Shown here: positions 28,023 to 37,856 of the stretch, in pieces
Numbering within the stretch: the stretch's first letter is position 1
Layout: each line of letters opens with the position of its first letter
NCBI GenBank assembly: GCA_913041115.1
Contig: CAJWIE010000002.1
Location: 1-39,232, forward strand
DNA length: 39,232 nt
Source: an uncultured Legionellales bacterium
Lineage (GTDB): Bacteria; Pseudomonadota; Gammaproteobacteria; Eutrophobiales; Eutrophobiaceae
Direction of reading: 5' to 3'
Made by a program: the position numbers and the translations under genes
Notes under the pieces: model-generated
Database searches by the model: none
What the model was told of the DNA's origin: nothing
The model's input: the letters and a program-made list of their open reading frames with translations, nothing else

Positions 28023-28991
28023 TTAATTTTTATTAGGCTGTATACCTAGACGCTTTAGCAATAGCCGATCTTCTGTTAGTTGCGGATTATTAGTGGTTAA
28101 TAATTTCTCGCCGTAGAATATGGAATTGGCTCCTGTTAAATAACATAACGCTTGCGTTTCATCTGACATATTATTTCTTCCGGCCGACAGTCTAATGTAA
28201 GATTTAGGCATCATAATTCTCGCTGCAGCTATTATTCTTATAAACTCAATTGGATCGGTTTCTTTAGTATCGTCTAACGGTGTGCCCTCTACCTTGACCA
28301 ACATATTAATAGGGACGCTTTCAGGGTGATTTGGCATATTTGCCAATGTTAATAAAAACCCAGCGCGATCTTTTTGGGTTTCGCCCATACCAACTATGCC
28401 GCCGCAACAAACATTAATGCCTGCGTTTCGGACATGCTTTAATGTTGTAAGTCGTTCCTCATAGTCTCTCGTACTAATTATTTTTGAATAATATTCTGGT
28501 GATGTATCAATATTGTGATTGTAATAATCAAGACCAGATGCTTTTAGTTGTTTAGCCTGTTCTAATGACAGCATCCCGAGCGTTAAACAAGTTTCGAGCT
28601 CCATTTTTTTTACTGCTTTAACCATAGGGATTACCATTTCTAGATCTCTTTGTTTGGGTTGTCGCCATGCCGCACCCATACAAAATCTTGTCGCCCCTTT
28701 ATTTTTTGCTGTCTCTGCCTGTGAAATAACTTCTTCAATCGTAGTTAATTTTTCTGCCTCAACGCCTGTTTTATAATGGGCGCTCTGCGGACAATAGGCG
28801 CAATCTTCCGGGCAACCGCCAGTTTTTATATTCATTAGAGTGCTTAATTGGACCTTGTTTGGGTCGAAATTCTGGCGATGGACTTGTTGTGCGGTATAAA
28901 CTAAATCATTAAAGGGTTTTTGGAGCAATATAAGCGTTTCTTCTTTGGTCCAGTCGTGTCTTATATTTGGGGTTGTTTGTTCCGCGAACAT
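28023..28991 (-). CDS. bioB: Biotin synthase (radical SAM)
   Basis: [11 protein letters not shown] radical-SAM cluster motif, with the YNHNIDTS motif (as [10 protein letters not shown]) and [11 protein letters not shown]. 322 aa. AGGTGA RBS 9 nt upstream. Confidence 0.96.
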   Translation of the reverse strand: MFAEQTTPNIRHDWTKEETLILLQKPFNDLVYTAQQVHRQNFDPNKVQLSTLMNIKTGGCPEDCAYCPQSAHYKTGVEAEKLTTIEEVISQAETAKNKGATRFCMGAAWRQPKQRDLEMVIPMVKAVKKMELETCLTLGMLSLEQAKQLKASGLDYYNHNIDTSPEYYSKIISTRDYEERLTTLKHVRNAGINVCCGGIVGMGETQKDRAGFLLTLANMPNHPESVPINMLVKVEGTPLDDTKETDPIEFIRIIAAARIMMPKSYIRLSAGRNNMSDETQALCYLTGANSIFYGEKLLTTNNPQLTEDRLLLKRLGIQPNKN

Positions 28992-29005
28992 AACTTAATG
29001 TCACC

Positions 29006-29036
29006 TGTAAACTTTTTTTGTTTGTATAGGTTAACA
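29006..29036. promoter_or_regulatory. BirA operator-like inverted repeat upstream of bioB
   Basis: TGTAAACT (29006-29013), N15, GGTTAACA (29029-29036). The remembered gammaproteobacterial bioO consensus is TGTAAACC-N15/16-GGTTTACA, so 14 of 16 half-site positions match. The site lies 15-45 nt upstream of the bioB ATG. Confidence 0.4.
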
Positions 29037-29096
29037 GTTCGGTGCCTGCTTCGCGCGTAAATTTTAACTAGTGTTTTCTTTTGAAAAATAAAGGTT

Positions 29097-31511
<2,415 letters not shown>

Positions 31512-31524
31512 TCAGTAAATAGTC

Positions 31525-32610
31525 TTATTTTAGCATTTTTTTAATGTTTCCGTGTTCCACGTGAAACACAGCAATGTCGTTGCTCGGTTTTTTTATTCTG
31601 ATCGGGGGGTTAATTGCTGTTACAAAGGTTTGGGTCTCATTGGCTAATAATAAATTAAGCATTTTTTCTGATGATTTATGATCGAGCTCCGCGCTTAAAT
31701 CATCAACCAACATAATTGGCATTCCCCCTTTTTCCTTTAGTTTTTCTAATTGAGATGAAACCAGTGATGCGGCGAATAATTTTGTTTGTCCCCTTGACAG
31801 GTGTTTTTCTACCTTAACTCCTTGATAATAAAATAGAATGTCTGCTCTGTGGGGGCCAAAAGAAGTGTAGCCTTTTTTTGCGTCTTCTTTTCTGTTTCTA
31901 ATTAATGTCTCTGCCAAACCCTGTTCAGCATAATCATTTTTTAAATAGTTTATCGCGGCTTCTCCGGGCAAGACTACGGGTAGGTGTTTTTTGTTTAGTG
32001 CTTCACACAAGCCATCAAGGTATGTTTCTCTCATCGAGTCTATTTTGTCTGCCTCTAAGATTATTTGTTTTTCCCACCCTGTAATTTCGGCCGAACCGTA
32101 AAAACGTGCCTCCTTTAGCAGTATATTTCTGTGCCGTATGGCCCGGTGGTAATTTTTCCAAACATCCAGATAGTTTTGTTCCACATGAAACAATGACCAA
32201 TCTATCCAACGCCTTCTTTCCCGGGGACTACCAACAAACAAAACGTGATGTTCTGGCGTTAATAAATAGATTGGTAGTTTTTTGACTTGTTCTGAGGCTG
32301 TTTTTATCTGTTTATTATTAAATTTTATGCGGGTAAGCCCTCTTCCTTTTTCTACTCCAACAGAAAAAATTTTGTTTTTTTGTCTCCCTTTTGCCGAAAC
32401 TAACAAACTAGAGTCGCCCTTGGTGACAACATCGCTTATTCTCTTGCTTCTAAACGATTTTAATCTTGAGAGTAGATAAATACCTTCTAGAATTGAGGTT
32501 TTTCCGCTTGCGTTTGCGCCATAAAAAAAATTAAGGGAGGGGTTTGTTTTTATGTGAAATTTTTTTAAATTGCGAATTGAGTTCCCTGTAAGCTCTTCAA
32601 TATAAAGCAT
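31525..32610 (-). CDS. recF: DNA replication and repair protein RecF
   Basis: Walker A GANASGKTS, signature-like SRGQTK, Walker B MLVDDLSAELD. Canonical dnaN-recF-gyrB order. Confidence 0.93.
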   Translation of the reverse strand: MLYIEELTGNSIRNLKKFHIKTNPSLNFFYGANASGKTSILEGIYLLSRLKSFRSKRISDVVTKGDSSLLVSAKGRQKNKIFSVGVEKGRGLTRIKFNNKQIKTASEQVKKLPIYLLTPEHHVLFVGSPRERRRWIDWSLFHVEQNYLDVWKNYHRAIRHRNILLKEARFYGSAEITGWEKQIILEADKIDSMRETYLDGLCEALNKKHLPVVLPGEAAINYLKNDYAEQGLAETLIRNRKEDAKKGYTSFGPHRADILFYYQGVKVEKHLSRGQTKLFAASLVSSQLEKLKEKGGMPIMLVDDLSAELDHKSSEKMLNLLLANETQTFVTAINPPIRIKKPSNDIAVFHVEHGNIKKMLK

Positions 32611-32613
32611 TTT

Positions 32614-33714
32614 TTACAGTTTCATTGGCATTACCACGTACTGACAGCGTGATTTTTTTTCTGGAACTATTAAACAGCTGCTGTTCGGGTTAAGAACGCT
32701 CAGCTTTACTTTCTTGCTGTTTATTGTTGTTAGAGCGTCTATTAAGTAAGACACGTTAAAACCTATCTCCATCTCTCCTCCTTGATAAGTTACGCTTACT
32801 TCTTCCTCTGCCTCTTCTTTTTCCGGGTTATGGGCCAGAATACGGAGGACGTCGTTACTAAAAACTATCTTAACACCACGATATTTTTCGTTCGAAAGTA
32901 TCGAAACCCGGGCTAAGCTACTCTTTAGCTCTTCCCTGTCAGCAAGGATTGTTGTTTCGCTTAATTCTGGTATAACGCGCTGATAATCTGGAAATTTTCC
33001 GTCTATTAATTTGCTTGTAAATGACAGGTTTCCGCTTATTACTTGAATATGGTTTTTGCTTATTTTAATGTTTGCTTCGTTTTTGCTGATCTGCAAAAGA
33101 CGCACCAGTTCTGTTACTCCTTTTCGCGGCACTATTATTTGCTTGCTTTCGTTTGCGGATATTTCAGCATCAGTTTCATCAAAAGCCAGGCGGTGACCGT
33201 CTGTTGCCACTGCTTTTATGCTGTTAGATGAAACCTCAAGCATTAGGCCGTTTAGGTAGTACCGTACATCTTGTTGTGCCATAGCAAACTGCGTATTTGT
33301 AAGTAACCTCATTAAATTTTCATGGCTAAGGTTAAAATCAATTGTTTCTTCCGTTATATCGATTACCGGATATTCTTGGGCGGGAAGGGTTGCTAATGTA
33401 AACCTGCTTTTGCCTGATTTAATATGGGCTTTCTCATCTTTAATATCGAATGCGAGCTCTGAATCCTCGGGCAAAGAACGGCATATATCAAGTAATTTTC
33501 TCGCTGGTAAAGTAAATCTTGTGGTCTGATCAAGTTTTACTTCTACATCCACAACAAGCTCAACCTCCATATCTGTGGCAGTAACAGAAAATGAATTGGG
33601 TTTTATACTAAAAAGGAGGTTGGATAAAATAGGTAGTGTCTGGCGACGCTCTATATTTCCGCTTACACACTGCAAGCAAGGCAATAAGTCAGTTCTTTTT
33701 ATATTAAAATTCAT
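32614..33714 (-). CDS. dnaN: DNA polymerase III beta sliding clamp
   Basis: 366 aa with a beta-clamp-like sequence throughout (RQTLPILSNLL, ATDGHRLA, MPMKL C-terminus). AAGGG RBS 7 nt upstream. Confidence 0.95.
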   Translation of the reverse strand: MNFNIKRTDLLPCLQCVSGNIERRQTLPILSNLLFSIKPNSFSVTATDMEVELVVDVEVKLDQTTRFTLPARKLLDICRSLPEDSELAFDIKDEKAHIKSGKSRFTLATLPAQEYPVIDITEETIDFNLSHENLMRLLTNTQFAMAQQDVRYYLNGLMLEVSSNSIKAVATDGHRLAFDETDAEISANESKQIIVPRKGVTELVRLLQISKNEANIKISKNHIQVISGNLSFTSKLIDGKFPDYQRVIPELSETTILADREELKSSLARVSILSNEKYRGVKIVFSNDVLRILAHNPEKEEAEEEVSVTYQGGEMEIGFNVSYLIDALTTINSKKVKLSVLNPNSSCLIVPEKKSRCQYVVMPMKL

Positions 33715-33724
33715 TTATATACCC

Positions 33725-33742
33725 TTATTATTATTACTATTA
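33725..33742. repeat. Trinucleotide array (TTA)4-CTA-TTA; on the minus strand TAA-TAG-TAA-TAA-TAA-TAA
   Basis: Read directly from the sequence. Six in-phase triplets lie just upstream of the dnaN RBS inside the AT-rich dnaA-dnaN spacer, abutting a degenerate DnaA-box-like AGTGAATAT (33742-33750). Confidence 0.6.
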
Positions 33743-33818
33743 GTGAATATTCAAACTTAATATCTTTTTTTTTATATTTAAATCAATAACTTAACAAGTG
33801 TTTTTATTCTTTTATAGC

Positions 33819-33827
33819 TGTGGATAT
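33819..33827 (-). promoter_or_regulatory. DnaA box (8/9 match)
   Basis: The + strand reads TGTGGATAT, so the minus strand reads ATATCCACA against the consensus TTATCCACA. It is inverted relative to the box at 33885. Confidence 0.45.
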
Positions 33828-33884
33828 TTTGGTTGTTTCTGTTAATAACATGTTAATTAGTCATGCCAAATAAGAATGTTTTTT

Positions 33885-33893
33885 TTATCCACA
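33885..33893 (+). promoter_or_regulatory. DnaA box (perfect consensus)
   Basis: TTATCCACA exact match, 8 nt beyond the dnaA stop codon in the dnaA-dnaN spacer. Confidence 0.55.
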
Positions 33894-33901
33894 GCAAATC
33901 T

Positions 33902-35251
33902 TCAAGAGGTTAATGTGTTAATTAAATTTACATAATCTTCATCAACACGGGTTTCTGTTTCTCTAAGCTCATTTATTTTTCTGTATGCGTGGATTACTGT
34001 TGTATGATCTCTACCCCCAAAAGCATCACCAATCTCCGGAAGACTATGATTTGTAAGCTCTTTTGTTATTGTCATCGCAACCTGCCTCGGCCTTGTAACC
34101 GAGCGGTTTCTTCTTTTTGAAAGCAAGTCAGCGACTCTAATTTTATAGTATTCAGCTGTAATTTTTTGTATGTTTTCAATTGTTACCTGCCTGTCTTGTA
34201 TTTTTAGCAGATCGCGTAACGCATTTTTTGTGAAATCAAGGTTTATAGGCTGCCCCGTAAGATTTGCGTTTGCAATAACCCTATTTAGAGCTCCTTCGAG
34301 CTCCCGTACATTTGAGCGGAAACGCTTAGCAATAAAAAAAGAAACATCATCAGCAAGCTCAACATTTACCCGCAATGCTTTTTTTCTAACTATAGCAACA
34401 CGAGTTTCCATGTCCGGCGGCTCGATAGCAACAGTCAGCCCCCACCCAAAACGCGACTTCAACCTTTCTTCTAACCCATTAACTTCTTTTGGGTAACGAT
34501 CACAAGTTAAAATAATTTGATGTTGCCCTTCCAACAAAGCGTTGAAAGTGTGAAAAAACTCTTCTTGAGATCTTTCTTTTTTAGCAAAAAATTGAATGTC
34601 GTCAATAAGCAATGCATTTAGAGACCGGTAATATTTTTTGAATTTATTGATTTCGTTGTGTTGTAATGCACTAACCATATCAGCAACAAACCTTTCTGAG
34701 TGAAGGTAAGCAATGTTTGCGGAAGGTTCTTTTTCTAGTATGTGTGAGCCGATTGCTTGCATTAAGTGGGTTTTCCCAAGCCCAACACCACCGTAAATGA
34801 ACAAAGGGTTATAGGAACCGCCAGGGTTTTGTGCAACCTGCAAGGAGGCCGCTTTGGCCAACTGATTAGACTTGCCTTCAACGAACGAGTCAAACGTAAA
34901 GAAACCATTTAGATTGCTTATTATTTTGATGCTTTTCTTTTTTTTGTCGGTTTTAAAACTACGGGCACCCAAAGAAGCCCCTTTTTCAGGGGCCGTTTTT
35001 ACAGAACGACTTCCCACATCAAGCTTTACCAAAACTTTTCCATGTTCAGGGTTTTTGTTCGACAACAACTCCTCGATTCTTGTTAGGTAGCGCTCGCTGA
35101 CCCAGTTTTGAACAAAGCGGTTGGGGGCAAGAAGATGAACCGCATTATTGTTTTCTATTACATGTAAGGGGCGAATCCATGTGTTGAATTGTTGGGCGGT
35201 AAGCTCGCCTTCTAGCTGCTGCAAACAACGTTTCCATGGGGTTAATTCCAC
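33902..35251 (-). CDS. dnaA: Chromosomal replication initiator protein DnaA
   Basis: AAA+ Walker [11 protein letters not shown], Walker B LLIDDIQF, and the domain IV DNA-binding region ([11 protein letters not shown]). Start reassigned to GTG 35251 ([29 protein letters not shown] matches the conserved DnaA N-terminus) with a GAGGA RBS 6 nt upstream. The ATG-extended track ORF (to 35332) adds 27 unconserved residues and swallows a DnaA box. Confidence 0.93.
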   Translation of the reverse strand: MELTPWKRCLQQLEGELTAQQFNTWIRPLHVIENNNAVHLLAPNRFVQNWVSERYLTRIEELLSNKNPEHGKVLVKLDVGSRSVKTAPEKGASLGARSFKTDKKKKSIKIISNLNGFFTFDSFVEGKSNQLAKAASLQVAQNPGGSYNPLFIYGGVGLGKTHLMQAIGSHILEKEPSANIAYLHSERFVADMVSALQHNEINKFKKYYRSLNALLIDDIQFFAKKERSQEEFFHTFNALLEGQHQIILTCDRYPKEVNGLEERLKSRFGWGLTVAIEPPDMETRVAIVRKKALRVNVELADDVSFFIAKRFRSNVRELEGALNRVIANANLTGQPINLDFTKNALRDLLKIQDRQVTIENIQKITAEYYKIRVADLLSKRRNRSVTRPRQVAMTITKELTNHSLPEIGDAFGGRDHTTVIHAYRKINELRETETRVDEDYVNLINTLTS

Positions 35252-35316
35252 AAGCAATCCTCGCCGAAAAAAAAGATAATGAAGAGACGGTTTAATTTTA
35301 TACCCGATGAAAATAG

Positions 35317-35325
35317 TTATCCACA
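35317..35325 (+). promoter_or_regulatory. DnaA box (perfect consensus) in the dnaA upstream region
   Basis: TTATCCACA exact match, about 66-74 nt upstream of the GTG start. On the minus strand it overlaps a possible TTGtgg-N18-TATAAA promoter, which would fit dnaA autoregulation. Confidence 0.55.
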
Positions 35326-35362
35326 ACAACAAAACATATTTTTATTTGAACAAGGATATAAA

Positions 35363-35392
35363 TTGACATAATCATTCATGCAACAGTAACAT
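35363..35392 (+). promoter_or_regulatory. Candidate sigma70 promoter for rpmH-rnpA
   Basis: TTGACA (35363-35368), an 18-nt spacer, then TAACAT (35387-35392), about 44 nt upstream of the rpmH ATG. Confidence 0.3.
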
Positions 35393-35435
35393 ATGCGCCC
35401 TTTTAAATGCAGAACAATAAATTAGGTTTTTGGGA

Positions 35436-35570
35436 ATGAAACAAACATATCAACCGAGCAAGCTTAAACGAAAAAGAAACCATGGGTTTCGTGCGCGCAT
35501 GCAAAGTCGCGCCGGGAGACAAATAATTAAAGCAAGGCGAAAAAAAGGAAGGAAGCGCCTTGCAGCGTAA
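35436..35570 (+). CDS. rpmH: 50S ribosomal protein L34
   Basis: Below the ORF-track cutoff. [44 protein letters not shown] is canonical L34. It sits directly upstream of rnpA. Confidence 0.95.
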   Translation: MKQTYQPSKLKRKRNHGFRARMQSRAGRQIIKARRKKGRKRLAA

Positions 35571-35584
35571 CAAAAACCACACCA

Positions 35585-35941
35585 ATGTCTACAATGACTT
35601 CATTTACGGAGTATTTTCGGGCTTGTAATAAGCTTAGACGCTCGAAGAGCTTTGCGGCTATTTTTTTATCTCGCAACCGCTCAAGCGATAATTTTTTTTT
35701 GTTTTTGGCTGTCGACAATAACACAAGCCTAGCAAGACTCGGTCTGGCAGTGCCGAAGAAGAATATATCAAAAGCTGTCGAGCGTAACCGAATAAAACGG
35801 CTTATAAGGGAAAGTTTTCGTTTACGAAAACATAGACTAGAAGGTAAAGATGTTGTGGTTTTTGTAAAAAAACAATTTGACACAAAACAGGCTAAAATCA
35901 GCCAAATACTCGCCAAACATTGGGATAAAATAGCAAAATGA
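35585..35941 (+). CDS. rnpA: Ribonuclease P protein component
   Basis: 118 aa and basic, with the RNR-type motif KAVERNRIKRLIRESFR. rpmH-rnpA-yidD-yidC order. Confidence 0.9.
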   Translation: MSTMTSFTEYFRACNKLRRSKSFAAIFLSRNRSSDNFFLFLAVDNNTSLARLGLAVPKKNISKAVERNRIKRLIRESFRLRKHRLEGKDVVVFVKKQFDTKQAKISQILAKHWDKIAK

Positions 35942-36171
35942 AAAAAGCTCTTATTAAGCTTGTTGCCCTGTATCAATTATATATTAGCCCTTATCTATTG
36001 CCGTGCTGTAGGTTTTATCCCACCTGTTCCGAATACACAAAACAAGCTTTGGTTAAACACGGGGTATTTAAAGGGTTTGTGTTAACAGTTTTTCGTCTTT
36101 GTCGCTGCAATCCGCTTTTTGAGGGCGGAGTCGATCTTGTTCCTACAGCTAATAAGAAAAAGGACGTTTAA
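35938..36171 (+). CDS. yidD: Membrane protein insertion efficiency factor YidD
   Basis: YQLYISPYLLPCCRFYPTCSEYTKQAL signature. ATGA overlap with rnpA and TAATG overlap with yidC. Confidence 0.92.
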   Translation: MKKALIKLVALYQLYISPYLLPCCRFYPTCSEYTKQALVKHGVFKGFVLTVFRLCRCNPLFEGGVDLVPTANKKKDV

Positions 36172-37835
36172 TGGAGACCACTAGGTTTTTGTTAATAATT
36201 TCTTTGGGGCTTGTGTTGACAATGATATGGCAGGCATGGATACAAGATTATGGTTCTTTTGATGCACAAAAGAACTTCAAACCGCCGGCCGAGCAAAACA
36301 AACAAAACGAGACCCCCGCCCAAGCAACGGACACACCAACGCTTAGTATAGAGGAGGGCTCCCCCCCAACAAAAACACAAAAAACCGAAGCAACAACGAC
36401 AGAGAAGATAAAAGTAACAACTGATGTGTTTGATTTAGTGATTAATCCACAGGGCGGAACAATCGAATATACAGCCCTAAAAAAATATCCGATTTCCAAA
36501 AAAAATACAGACAAAAAAGTTGTGTTGTTAAAAAGAAAAGAACAAAACAATTTTTATTTAATACAAGGGGGTGTGTTAAGTAAAAACAACCAGATAACAC
36601 CCGACACTATTTTTTCCACAAACAGCACAAACTATTCTTTAGATGGTAACGAAAGCGTTTCCATACCTCTCTACCATGTTTCTAAAGAGGGGGTTAGAAC
36701 AACAAAAACCATAACTTTTTATAAAGGACAATACGTAGCAGACGTAGAATATAAAATAGAAAATCAATCTCCGACATCTTGGGTTGGAAGGGTTTATGCT
36801 GAAATTTCACGCACAGAACAAAAAGAACGTGAATCACGATTTATTTATACATATTCGGGCGCGGTTGTATCAACACCCGAACAGCGATATGAGAAAATAG
36901 ATTTTGATGATATTGAAGATGACGATTTAAAAATCAACTCAACCAATGGTTGGGTTGCAATGTTACAACATTATTTTTTAACAGCCATAATTCCTAGTAA
37001 AAAGGAGGAGCTCTATACTTATTATACGCGCAAAGGCAATGAAAGCGGTTATATTGTAGGAGTAGCAACACCAACAAAAGAAATTATTACTGGTGACAAA
37101 GAAAAACTATCGCATCGAATTTATATTGGGCCTAAAGAGCAAAAAGAAATTGAAAAAATAGCCGAGGGCTTAAGCCTTACTGTTGATTATGGAATTTTTT
37201 GGTTTATCGCGAAACCGTTGTATTTGCTTTTAGATTATATTAATACTTTTACCAATAATTGGGGTTGGTCGATTGTGTTGGTAACAGTAATTCTTAAATT
37301 GCTTTTCTACAAACTTTCCGCAGCAGGATATCGTTCAATGGCGAACATGAGAAGAGTACAACCAAGATTAGTTGCTATAAAAGAAAGATACCAGGACGAT
37401 CGTACACAACTAAATAAAGCTATGATGGATATTTATAAGAAAGAAAAAATAAATCCACTTGGTGGGTGTTTCCCAATTCTTATACAAATACCGGTATTTA
37501 TTTCTTTATATTGGGTGTTATTAGAGAGTGTTGAGTTAAGACAGGCAGATTTTGTGTTATGGATAAACGACTTATCAGTTGCAGATCCATTTTTTGTTTT
37601 GCCCTTGTTGATGGGTATAACAATGTTTGTACAACAAAAATTAAATCCTGCCCCCATGGATCCTATACAGGCAAAAGTAATGCAAATATTACCTATTGTT
37701 TTTACAGTATTTTTTGCTTTCTTTCCGGCTGGGCTAGTATTGTATTGGGTTGCTAATAATATACTTTCTATTTTGCAACAGTGGACAATAACTCGCAGTA
37801 TAGAAAAAACCGGCGCTAATAAAATAGCAAAATAA
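36171..37835 (+). CDS. yidC: Membrane protein insertase YidC
   Basis: 554 aa. N-terminal TM, large periplasmic P1 domain, and a conserved C-terminal 5-TM core (GWSIVLVTVILKLLFYKLS, GCFPILIQIPVFISLYW). Confidence 0.95.
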   Translation: METTRFLLIISLGLVLTMIWQAWIQDYGSFDAQKNFKPPAEQNKQNETPAQATDTPTLSIEEGSPPTKTQKTEATTTEKIKVTTDVFDLVINPQGGTIEYTALKKYPISKKNTDKKVVLLKRKEQNNFYLIQGGVLSKNNQITPDTIFSTNSTNYSLDGNESVSIPLYHVSKEGVRTTKTITFYKGQYVADVEYKIENQSPTSWVGRVYAEISRTEQKERESRFIYTYSGAVVSTPEQRYEKIDFDDIEDDDLKINSTNGWVAMLQHYFLTAIIPSKKEELYTYYTRKGNESGYIVGVATPTKEIITGDKEKLSHRIYIGPKEQKEIEKIAEGLSLTVDYGIFWFIAKPLYLLLDYINTFTNNWGWSIVLVTVILKLLFYKLSAAGYRSMANMRRVQPRLVAIKERYQDDRTQLNKAMMDIYKKEKINPLGGCFPILIQIPVFISLYWVLLESVELRQADFVLWINDLSVADPFFVLPLLMGITMFVQQKLNPAPMDPIQAKVMQILPIVFTVFFAFFPAGLVLYWVANNILSILQQWTITRSIEKTGANKIAK

Positions 37836-37856
37836 TTTGGTTGAGCGGTTTATGCA

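Noticed and set aside
35527-35976. 149-aa minus-strand ORF spanning the rpmH end, all of rnpA and the yidD start
   Set aside because: It is antisense to three well-supported genes, and the hydrophobic/basic low-complexity translation has no recognisable motif. The 60-aa ORF at 35403-35585 is likewise the antisense shadow of rpmH.
36290-36420. Low-complexity A/C-rich stretch in the 5' part of yidC (encoding PPAEQNKQNETPAQATDTPT...TKTQKTEATTTEK)
   Set aside because: It is in frame within yidC and corresponds to the variable linker after TM1 that precedes the periplasmic domain in YidC proteins. It is not an independent repeat element.
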